A DNA stretch of 63,907 nucleotides, the filler included, from Craspedostauros australis (lineage: Eukaryota), in assembly GCA_030167865.1 (NCBI GenBank). It is 11 parts of 11 records of this genome, joined end to end, with 100 filler letters (N's around TTAATTAATTAA, not from the genome) between each part and the next. Parts side by side here need not be neighbours in the genome. Positions count along the whole stretch, not along the records: positions 1 to 24,488 come from JALAGF010002685.1; 10 more parts are not named here. One strand, given 5' to 3'. The position numbers were made by a program, and so were the translations under genes. Every line of letters starts with the position of its first letter. The stretch's first letter is position 1. The notes under the pieces were generated by a model, which was not told the DNA's origin, ran no database searches, and saw only the letters and a program-made list of their open reading frames with translations. Below are positions 7,549 to 17,600 of this stretch, in pieces.

Positions 7549-10427
7549 TCTTGGCCTGCGATCTTCGAGTCGCTGGCGGTTGAACCTGTTGTGGGTGCAG
7601 AAAGTTCTGTCTGCTTTGTTGGCCGCACAGGTGGCCCGTTGTTGTCTGTTGCTGGGATGTCGGTTTTTGGTCTGGCTTTCTTCATCGGGCTAACCGCACG
7701 CTTCATGGTGGCCTCACCATGGTGGCGCTCCTCTACCTTGGAACCGCAAGCTTCTCTTTCTTTTTTCTTGGCTTGCGCCCTGGTCTTCATTTTCCTGGTG
7801 GTCAGTCGAGGAAACGGGGTCCCTGAGTCATCGTCTGATGAAAGGTCGACCAGGTTGACTACTTCGGCGGGGGCGGCGTTATCCTGTACCTGATAAGGAG
7901 GGGCTGATCCCATCGATACATCGGACATTGACCCGTCATCCTCAGCTTCCATGAAGTCATTGGCTTTGCTCCTGCCTTGCAGTTCCTCGAGTGTCTTGGT
8001 GGCTCTGTCGACGTCCTTTCCTTCCGGGGGCGTTTCGGGTTCGTCGCTGTTGGGCAGGGATACCGCCATGCCTGCCGCGGCTTTGGCTGTACTCGCCGCA
8101 CCGGGACCAAGAATAGCTTCCATCCATTGGGCCCTGGCCTCCGGGTCGATCACTTCTAGCTTTTTCATTGCTTCACCCACCACCCGCATTGTCTCTTTCT
8201 TCGCTTCTGGACATTGCGATTTCATCGAAGTGATGGCGGACCTTAGGGACGCGTCGTCGCAGTTGTGCCACCTTCGCATCACACCCACGGATCCGTGGTC
8301 GCCGTCCATGGTTTTGGGTATGGTCCCGAAGTCTATCGCAAAGGTCATCTTGGGTTGCTTGTTTTCAGGTTCCTCTTTGTCGTCTTCCGGGCGTTGTAGT
8401 CCCATGCTGGCGTACCATTCGTCGTCTACCTGTTTCTTGAGGATGTCCCGTTCCCAATCCGCTTTGATTACCTCCCCGTGCATGTTCATCTCGTAGCTCG
8501 TGTTGGCATCCCAGATGTAATCTGTGAACCAGGTGGCTGCTTTGCCGCCACAGTACTTGTACACCACCGTGGGCAGCAGTGGGATTATCATGCTGGCTTC
8601 CTCTGCGACGTCCTGGCTGTAGACAAACACTGTGTCGCCCCAGTTCCTGCCATTCTCAACAGCCAGAAATAGCACTGACCCGTCCTTATCTCCTGATGTC
8701 GACATGAGTTTGGAGAGGACGTTTCTCAGGGATACCTTGTTCTTTGGTTCTACGTAGTTGAGGCCGTGGATGAAGGAAACGATGGTGGTCTTTGTGTTCT
8801 CCAGGAATTCTTTCTGCTTCTTTTTGTACAGCATCGCGTTGCGCCTGTCCTCGTGTGTTGCTGGGCGTTGTTCATCGGTGAGGTCCGAGATGAATCGGAG
8901 GCGCTTGCCCAGGATCCTGTTCTTGCCCGCTGCAAAAAGTTTCCCCATGAGCTGTTCACACTTGATGGCATCTTCCTTACTTGCAAGGATGTGTGCGGCA
9001 TAAACCTGGTCCTCCTTCTTCACCTTCTCGTACTTGTCCAGCTTGATTGACTGCATGCGTATACCCACCTTGACTTTTGCCTTCACCATGTCCTCCAGGT
9101 TGTTGATGGCCTCTGTTAAGTCGTTGCAATTGGTCGATCTGTGGCTGGCGCAGAACCAGCCTACTGGCACCTCTTCTCTTGCTTGGACTGTGCACTTGGA
9201 AAGTATGATGTCGTTGTCCTGAAGGTGTCCGTCGTCCTGTAGCTCTGCCCACTCCTTGTTGTGTGAGAAGTAGAAACGGCACCATGTTTGCTTGCCCGCC
9301 TTTGTGTACATCTTGTTCACGTAGTTTCTGATTTTGGAAACCGAGGTCACCTTGTCACTGTCGGCTGTCAGTCCTTGGCCTTGTCCATCCCATCGGTGTA
9401 TGATCAGGTCTGGGTCTTGCGTGAACAGGTGCTCCATGAGGGTGGCCATTGCTTCGGTCACTTCTTTCTCCACGGACTTGTCTTTGCCTTTCAAGGTGGG
9501 GCTGCGGAAGGTACAGTAGGTACTGAAATTCCGTCCCAATGCTTCGTTGACGTTGCGCTTGTGGTCCTTTTTCACCATTGGCTTGCTGAGGAAGAACTGG
9601 CTGGCTGGAAGGAGTGTTGGCCCATCTTTACCTGTTGTAGTTGGGGTTGATTTCAGGGCTTCTGCGAATGTTGGAGAACCCTTCTTGTATGGGTTTTTGT
9701 TCGTGCACTCTTGCCTCTTCTTTGCGGTGGTGTTGATAGGTTGGCGCTGCGTAGCCGTGCTAGCTTTGGACTTTGGCTTTTGCTCTGTTTTGCGTGTTTG
9801 TTGGGTGCCTGCTTTGATTGGCGTCATTGCGGTCTTTTCCAGCTTGTTGTCTCCGCTGATTCTGTGTCGCTTCTCTGGTGACTCGATCGATGTGGTTTTG
9901 TTGACTACTCGGGCGGCTATCCATGGGTTGGTCATGATGCTACCCATGATATTCCCTTCTTTCCAGAATACCGGTGGGAACATATCAGCTTTCGTGGCCA
10001 GGAGGCGAGCTTCCATCTGCTGCACCTTCTGGTTGGTGGCTGCGTCCCAATGGCAGGCTTTCCCTTTCTTGAATACCTCGGTCCATTCCTCCATGGTCTC
10101 CAGATCACCTCTTTCGCACTCGAGGTAGTTGCGGATCACTCTCCATGCCGTGTTGATGGAGTCTCCTGCTCCCACGCATTCCGGGTACGGCTTGGCGTTG
10201 CTCATCTCCATCTTCCTCTTGACTTCTTTCTCTTCCGCTTCCGTCCACGTTGCCTGCTTTTTGGCGATACCGTTGTTTGGTGTGCCCGAAATCTCAACTC
10301 CTCCGAAATTCACCTGTTTCTTCCGCTGTTTGTTGCGGGAGGGGTCGCCATCGTCGTCCTGTGTCACTGGCGTCATGCTGGTCTTGTAAGCGCTCTGCTT
10401 CTTTTTAAATTTTATGTGTTTTGTCAT
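7545..10427 (-). CDS. Retrotransposon ORF1 (960 aa; putative nucleic-acid-binding/gag-like, no recognised domain)
   Basis: Long intact ORF inside the TSD-bounded element, immediately upstream of ORF2. Its TGA overlaps the ORF2 ATG (ATGA, 7548-7545). It has a basic N-terminus, a globular-looking centre and a low-complexity C-terminus. Confidence 0.88.
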   Translation of the reverse strand: MTKHIKFKKKQSAYKTSMTPVTQDDDGDPSRNKQRKKQVNFGGVEISGTPNNGIAKKQATWTEAEEKEVKRKMEMSNAKPYPECVGAGDSINTAWRVIRNYLECERGDLETMEEWTEVFKKGKACHWDAATNQKVQQMEARLLATKADMFPPVFWKEGNIMGSIMTNPWIAARVVNKTTSIESPEKRHRISGDNKLEKTAMTPIKAGTQQTRKTEQKPKSKASTATQRQPINTTAKKRQECTNKNPYKKGSPTFAEALKSTPTTTGKDGPTLLPASQFFLSKPMVKKDHKRNVNEALGRNFSTYCTFRSPTLKGKDKSVEKEVTEAMATLMEHLFTQDPDLIIHRWDGQGQGLTADSDKVTSVSKIRNYVNKMYTKAGKQTWCRFYFSHNKEWAELQDDGHLQDNDIILSKCTVQAREEVPVGWFCASHRSTNCNDLTEAINNLEDMVKAKVKVGIRMQSIKLDKYEKVKKEDQVYAAHILASKEDAIKCEQLMGKLFAAGKNRILGKRLRFISDLTDEQRPATHEDRRNAMLYKKKQKEFLENTKTTIVSFIHGLNYVEPKNKVSLRNVLSKLMSTSGDKDGSVLFLAVENGRNWGDTVFVYSQDVAEEASMIIPLLPTVVYKYCGGKAATWFTDYIWDANTSYEMNMHGEVIKADWERDILKKQVDDEWYASMGLQRPEDDKEEPENKQPKMTFAIDFGTIPKTMDGDHGSVGVMRRWHNCDDASLRSAITSMKSQCPEAKKETMRVVGEAMKKLEVIDPEARAQWMEAILGPGAASTAKAAAGMAVSLPNSDEPETPPEGKDVDRATKTLEELQGRSKANDFMEAEDDGSMSDVSMGSAPPYQVQDNAAPAEVVNLVDLSSDDDSGTPFPRLTTRKMKTRAQAKKKEREACGSKVEERHHGEATMKRAVSPMKKARPKTDIPATDNNGPPVRPTKQTELSAPTTGSTASDSKIAGQE

Positions 10428-10555
10428 TGTTGCAACGTACGTTCACGAGTTCCGAAACCGTTGGCGATAACCGTAGTTTCAGTACTGACTCTTACGTGAA
10501 TTCAAAACCTACTGGGTCTACGTACGCCTTTTTAATTCAGCGATTCCAGAAGAGT

Positions 10556-10571
10556 ATCTTCCACCCTCACT
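10556..10571. repeat. Target-site duplication, right copy
   Basis: ATCTTCCACCCTCACT, identical to 1166-1181 and 128 nt upstream of the ORF1 ATG. Confidence 0.93.
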
Positions 10572-10961
10572 CTTCATGAGCAGAAACAAAATGACCATGA
10601 CGAGGGTGACAATGGTGATGGCGACAATGACCATTCCGGCGAGCCCGACAGCCAAATCGCAGCGGAATGCTTTATTGCGGAAGTGATCTGATCCTGTGCA
10701 CTTCGCCAACTCAGCAAGGCCTTGCACATGGGCATGATCAACATCATGATCGCCCAACAGTCGACGGCATTCAAATTCGCCCTACCATTGCGTGCATCTG
10801 ACATCCCAGCATGAAGCATCCGATGTATCGGATCGTTGCCAACACTCCAGTAGCATCGCCGTTGCCGAGCACAAGTATACAACGAGTACGTCTTCTAGTT
10901 TATGAATGTCGCAATGATTACCTACCTACCTACCTACGTATGTGCCTACCTACATTCCTAC

Positions 10962-13261
10962 CTACAATAGGCTCCTGCGCTTCACCTCGCCCAAGGCCTG
11001 CATTGCCTCTTTTCTATTGATGGACCCGTCGCCGGTGATGTCCAGCACGTCCTTCAGCTTTTCCACGACGCTGCGCAACTGATCATGGGACGCGATGTTG
11101 TCTCCCAGAACTTCTATTGCGACGTCCTTCATCACGCACAGCTCTTCGTGAGTGCACACGTGATCGATCATGTCCGTCGCCACGAACTGGACCACCATCA
11201 TGTCCAACGGTGAGATGCGCCCGGTGTTGTCCAAATCGGCGACATTCATGATGGAATCGACGACGATGTCGGACACGTCTTCGCCGAACACCTCGATGGA
11301 GCGGGCCTTGATTTCTTCGTGCGTCAAGTATCCATCGTTGTTCGTGTCGATGCTCTCGAACGAACCCATCTCGAGCCAGATCAGCGCGCTGAACATCTCG
11401 ACGAGAAGCAGCTTCGCTTCGCGACCTGTCTCGTGCAAGTCCTCCAGGTTCACGATACTGCGTGGTTGAAGTTTGCTCCATTCCAACAGTGGTTCGTGGT
11501 TGTCCATTCCGGCGAAGAAATCGCACGGCATGGCGGTCAGGTATTGCTTCTCCGCGTCGAACGGCTCGCCGGCGATGCTACGGATCGTATTCGTATCGTA
11601 GTCCCAATCGATGTTGTCGCAAGCATGCAGATACCCACCGGACGCAACTGGCGGGTTGTGCTCGTAGATGAATCTTCGGGAATGCAGAATGGTATCCTGC
11701 AGCACCTTGCCGGGGAGGTACACCGCGGTCATCATGGTGTGGAAGGGGATTTCGCTCTTCAGATCGCTCCAGGCGAACCACTCCTGGTCATCGTACACCT
11801 TGTTGCCGCGGATGGAGCCGGCATTGAAGATTGCGCAGGTGCTGCGCATGGCCATACGGAGCATGGCGATCAGCACACGCGATCCGTTGGATGGTCCCAA
11901 TCGATTGCTCTTTGTTCCGAAGACGCCTTCTCCGACCTTAGACTTTTTCATCCAGTCCGAAATACGGAATAGTTTGGCCTTCTCCAGTTCGCTCAGGATG
12001 CGTTCATGGCCCTCGACACGTCTCTGGATGGCTGGATCTGCGGCGTACGTTTTTGTGGGCACGAAATCTACGTTGATGGTTGGCTGTTGATGTGACTTTG
12101 CTTTGTCAGCGCCAGCTGCGCCGCCACTGGCGTTGTCCTTGCCGTCGTTCCAAATGATATCGATGACAGCTGTCGTGTGTGCATCGCACCCGGTCTTTAG
12201 TATGCGGCTGCATGCGCCACTATCTGCCCTGATGGTCTCATCGTACGGTTCATGATCATGCCCTCCCAGCACGACGGGGAAGACGTCTGCAAACGTCTCG
12301 GCGAATTCCCGATCCTCCGGCATGCGCTGGTGCGTCATCGGGACGAACAGGTCCGGTTGCTCTTCGCTCTGAATCGTTTGCAAATACTGCTTGGTTGTAG
12401 AGATGATGGGGTCGATCTTGGCGCCTGCAAAGCTGGTGGGAAAGTAGAGCGAGGGATCATCCGTTAGCAGACCCAAGAGCGCGACCTTCTTGTCACCGAC
12501 CTGTACCATCACATATGGCTCTGTCTTCACATCGAGCAGCGTATCCAATTCTCGCATGTTGGTATTGATCCAGCAAAACTTGGATTCTCGTATGCGTTGT
12601 GCAAGTGCTTGGGGCGATACATCTAGAGAGAGCGGAGTAGAGCAGAGCACAGTAGAGGAGAGTATGAGTATGAGTAATTGGTACACACGTATTTGGTCGT
12701 CAGCATCAGATGTTGGCATGCGTAGAAACAGGAGCACAGGTTGAGTGCAAGCAAGTGTTCGCAGGCAAGATGAGGGAGCATCTTGTTGCAGTCATCGCAG
12801 TGTACGATGTATCAATGAGAGCGTCCAAAATCCAGGACACTCGTCGAATAGTCAGCTGTTGATACAATTCTCCAAGCGTGATGCGAGTAGGGTGAAACAT
12901 ACTGCAGAAGCAGGGGAGCCGCCCATGGCAGAATGTTCCTCCCCTGTCATATAATAGATTACATCCATGCAACCGTGCACTGGTGGGCAATCTCACCTGT
13001 CTCATGGTTGCCGATGCAAACATGGGTGACGCTGCAGGCATTGAGGATGTCGACCATCCCACGACCCTTGTCCAAGGAGCTCAGCAGGGAAGGTGCCAGA
13101 AAATCCCCCGCCAAAATGACGAGCGTGTGTTCGATTCCAGCGGATAGGTCCTTGACCAGAGTGTGGAAATGGGGCAGGTAGTCGAGTTCGTATACGTCGT
13201 TGATTTGGAAGATGCGGAGATGCGTGCGCGCGGATGCCTCCGCGGTCTGTTGTCCTTCCAT
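10962..13261 (-). CDS. 5'-nucleotidase/apyrase-family metallophosphoesterase with C-terminal EF-hands; exons 13261-12997 and 12622-10962 (~641 aa; start uncertain)
   Basis: Motifs QINDVYE, LAGDFLAPS, GNHET|D (restored by GT-AG intron 12996-12623), TH, LGGHDH and FNAGSIRG. EF-hand loops DTNNDGYLTHEE, DLDNTGRISPLD and DITGDGSINRKE. Confidence 0.88.
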
Positions 13262-14673
13262 GATGAGAGGTGATATCTCCGACAATTTTGATGCAAACGC
13301 CCGTGCCTTTGTTGAATCTGTGCCTGTCGTTGGGACGTGTGGCGAGGCTGATGACAAGAGTGACGACGAGGCTGATGACTCTCCTACGTCGGTTGTCTTG
13401 GAATATTGCAGGATGAGCGGGAGTACGAGTGAGCCCGGTTGCTTCAGCCACAATCGGGCCAGAGCCTGCTCGCTGCCAACGCGCCACGGAGATCTGTGGA
13501 TTGTCTTCGTTGACGATCCAGCCAGAATCAGATGCAGGTATACCAAGAGAAACGCCAACCAAAGACCAACGGCTGGATGGCCCAGTCGCCCGCTTGGTGC
13601 GCAGAGACGGAGACGGAGACGAGGAATGTTCGTTGTAGTCACGATGGACGTCGTGGATGGCGGTGTTCAAGTTGTTGATATTGTTGCTGCTGCTTGTGTT
13701 AGTGTTGGTGTTAGTGTTGGTGTTGGTGTTGGTGTTGGTGTTCCGGTCAGAGGCCTGATCTCCGTTTGGGCGCCCTGGGCATAGAGTTGTGTGAATGATC
13801 GAAGCATGATGGATCGCGCCGCACTTGCTGCCCGCTTCCTTTCTGTCCAGAGAAACGAGTCCGGTTCCGGGGAAGGCGAAGATTCGCTTCGTTTCACGCT
13901 CGAATCGCGAAGGAATCAGTTGAGCTGTGCGATGCCATCAATCGTGGATACGAATCACGATGGCCACAGCTATTTCATACAGTCCTGAGCAGTATTCATT
14001 CACGCAAAATAGCCTGTCGACCCAACGGAATGTCTTCTTGCGGGAATACATTGTTCGTGATTCACACTGGTTTCGCGCCAATTTTTTCATGGACAAGACC
14101 CGTAGCAGATTTCGTTTCGTGTTGTCGTCAGGTTGCAGAGTGGAAACACGCGGTGGGATGTTTCGCGCCTGCTCAGGGCGACGACAAGAACAGAACAGCT
14201 TGGGCGACAAGATCAAGAACAAGGGCAAGATCAAGATCATAGTTGCACCAACGGCAACGGCAATCCCACACACTCTCACAGATACATGCACCAAGGTGCG
14301 CGGAGGTGAATGAATAGCGGATACTCTCTGGAGAGAGAAAGCAGACAACGGTGGCGAGGATCGCAGAGAAGACGAGAGCAAACGGTTCTGGCGCTGACCA
14401 AGAACGCATCGAAGCAGCATTGACAAGCAAGTTGCCATTGTATTAGTCAGAGTGCTGGTGCAAGGTGGGGCACCGATCCAAACCAACGGAGACTGGCAAG
14501 CGATATCACCGTCACAGCAGGATTAGCACAAAGCACTGTTGGAAAGGCATCGGCCGGTGCGTTGGTCAGGACGTCCACAAGCAGCGGGGTACCACACAAC
14601 GCAAGCTGGCAAGCAACAAGGCAAGCAACCAAGAAGGCTAGGCAGCTAGAAAGCTAGACAGCGAGAAAAGAGC

Positions 14674-17600
14674 ATGGGTTCGACAAGAAGATCATCGCGA
14701 GCACGAAAGAAGGTCTCCAGCTTCTACGACGATGATGCGGAACGGCTGAGACGAGAGGCAGAGGAAGCGCAGGAACGGCGTGCCGCCCGGCGTCGAAGGT
14801 GAGTCGTCTCGCACTGTTTCTTGCTCTTGGGCTTTGCGTCGCAGGGTTCTCTTCATCAGAGTATAGTACGCCAGTTCAGAACCATGGAGGGCATCGCGCT
14901 CATGCTCTTGCTTTCTTCAACTGCGCTTGAGGTGTGAAGAGGTGTGGAGAGAACCAATGCAAGGCAAGGCAAGGCAACAAAGAGGCGAAGAGGAGGAGGT
15001 TGCAAATCGTTCTGCGAGTCACACGATTCTCATGCTCTGCTCCATTTCACATTGGACATTACACATTGAACATTGCGCTCTTCTGTACTCTGCGTCATTC
15101 GCCATCGAAATGCCCGTGTACATGTAAATACGCACGGATATCGCACCATGCGTACAGCCAAAGAAGCATCGTTTCGGACAGCGACAATGGAGACGAGGAG
15201 GAAAGTGAACAGCACGAAGCGGAAGAAGTGGACGAAAACACCGCGTCTCAAGATGAAGATGAAGAGCAAGAAGAGAGCGGAGCTGAGAACGTGGACGAAG
15301 CAAGCATGTCGAGCAGCGATGAGGTAGACGATGATGACGAGAAGGACGAGGACTACACTGCTGCACCAACGGCCGCGGAGAAGAAGAGACAGCTGGCCAA
15401 GGCCCGCGAATCAAAGAAGAAGACACAGCAGCCTGCAGCCAAGGGTGAGACTGCGAGCAGAGCCAATCGTGCGAAACGTCAAGGGGCATCAGGGATGGCT
15501 ATTCGCGCCGCTGGACCAAAGCAAATCCAGCGAGCCTTGGCCAACGTCGCTCAAAAAGTACTCGTCACCGCAAAGTCGCCCAAGCGCCGTGCCTCGGTCC
15601 ATGATGATGCGTCAGCGGCCGTCTCAGCGCACCCAGATGGCAGCACTATCGCGAGTGGCGCAACGCGCAAGAAGCCCACCGAGAGCGAGGTTCCCACGAA
15701 CAGCCTCTTCGCCGCCCTGCTGCATTCTGCGCAACGGATTCCGAACTACCCTCGCAACAGCCTCACCAAGCAACGTGGAAAGCTGGCACATCCCATGACA
15801 CAGTTCACGCCGCAGTTGGAATCTGTGGCGCTGTTCTGTGCTGACCTGCTCCAGAAAGATGCCAACAAGGCCCACATCATGCTCCTCAACCTGCTCTTCC
15901 GCAGCATCGGTGGGTCGATGGATGCCACCATCGCGGCGGACGGTTCCGTCGACCTGGAAAAGATGGAGGACTCCGAAAGAGATGCCGTCATCACAAAAGT
16001 TGTCCATGCCATGCGCATAAGTCCCAACCAGACCCAAAGCTCGGACTCCACCACCACCGACAACAGTCACGACTACATTTACCTCCTCACCACCCATCCG
16101 AACTCTCAGCAGCCGACCAAAATAGCAATGCTGGCAGCACGAGAGTATCGTAAGATATACATTGAGTTCTGGTATCGTCTCGGCCGCATGATTCTGCAGG
16201 GAGTCTCGATGATGCCGAACACGGCAGAAGACAATGACGGCGATAACAACATGGACATGCAAGAAGACGATGACATTCGCGACGACAACGACGAGAAGCC
16301 ATCGCAGTCCTTGGATGGACGGTCCATGACGGTGACCTTCTCACCGAGTCGCCTGGATATCGAAACCGTGCGTGATCTGGTCATGCGCTTTACCGAGATC
16401 AGCACCATGGGACAGCCCGATCTGCGTGGGGGTGTCACGTTCGCGATTCTCCAGCTCGGCCTCGCCTGCGCCGAACGATCCGTGGAGTATGAGGAGAAGG
16501 TCTCCACGGTGCAACGCCAGTATGAGGCCGCCGTGAAGAGCCGCGCATCCAGCACGAAGGCGCAGGCTCTCAAGACGCAGATGGATTCCTGGAAGCGCAT
16601 CCAGCTGGAGCTTGAGGAACTTGTGGACGGCCCCATCCTGAAGGCCGTCTTCATGCACCGGTACCGCGATTCGAATCCGCACATTCGCGCCTACTGCCTG
16701 CATATGCTGCAGCAGATTGTCCTCATGCGACCCGATCTGTTCTGTCGCGACAAGTACCTCAAGTACTTCGGGTGGATGTGCTCTGACGCGGAATGCGTCG
16801 TCCGCGTCGCAGCCCTTCGGGGCATCCTGGCTCCGTTCGAGGTGCATGAGATGGCGTCCAAGGGCATCGCGAAGCAAGGCGCACACAAAGACTCTGTGCT
16901 CAACATGCCCACTGCTGCTGCCGTTGCATCCAAGATTCTGAACCAACGACCGCGCAGCAAGGTGACGATATTGAACGTCGAGCTGGAACGAATGCAGAAC
17001 GTGTGCCACAAATTCCTCCCCCGCATCGTGGAATGTGTGAACGATGTTGACGACGACGTGCAGGAGATCGCGATGACGTTGATGCTGAGAATGCTCGATC
17101 GCGAGTTCCTGGATGACTGGGATGACGACGATGGTTGGAACGCCATCAACTTGAAGGCCGTGGATCCAACGGCGACGCCGACCGTTCGCAAAAATGCGCT
17201 GTACTTCATCATTGATCAGCTCGATGCATTTGATGACATTGGCGAGGTGGATGCTGGCAGTTCACTCGCTTCAGACGGCCAAATTGCATCCCAAAAAAAG
17301 CAGGTCGATCGCCTGGAGGGTATCGCGCAATGGTAAGCACGGTGTATGTTGTACTGCATGGCACTCCGTCACAGCCACTGCCACAGGCACCGCTCCACAC
17401 TACTGTTCCCATCATGTATGCATCCATGGGGTGACTTGGGTGCTGTTGATTCTTGAACTCGCAAGGTCAATCACCTCACACTGTTGTTGCAAATCTGTTT
17501 GTTCGCGCTCATATGCATCTCCACGTCCTATTTGTAAAGGCTTGCGCACCATCTCTGCGCGGGAAAGATCCCGATCAGCAAGATACGGTTGGATCGTGTC

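Larger units (their letters stand above)
1182..10555 (-). mobile_element. Full-length non-LTR retrotransposon (LINE), Ambal-like clade of diatoms
   Basis: Two long intact ORFs, with ORF2 reading APE + RT + RNase H + CCHC. The 3' tail is (TTA)4 (plus strand TAATAATAATAA, 1181-1192). The element is flanked by the identical 16-mer ATCTTCCACCCTCACT at 1166-1181 and 10556-10571. The clade name is inferred from architecture and host. Confidence 0.92.

Noticed and set aside
10428..10555. Hammerhead/HDV ribozyme in the retrotransposon 5' UTR (CUGA...GAAAC)
   Set aside because: The CUGANGA core and the required helices or pseudoknot could not be assembled by eye. Kept only as a generic stem-loop.
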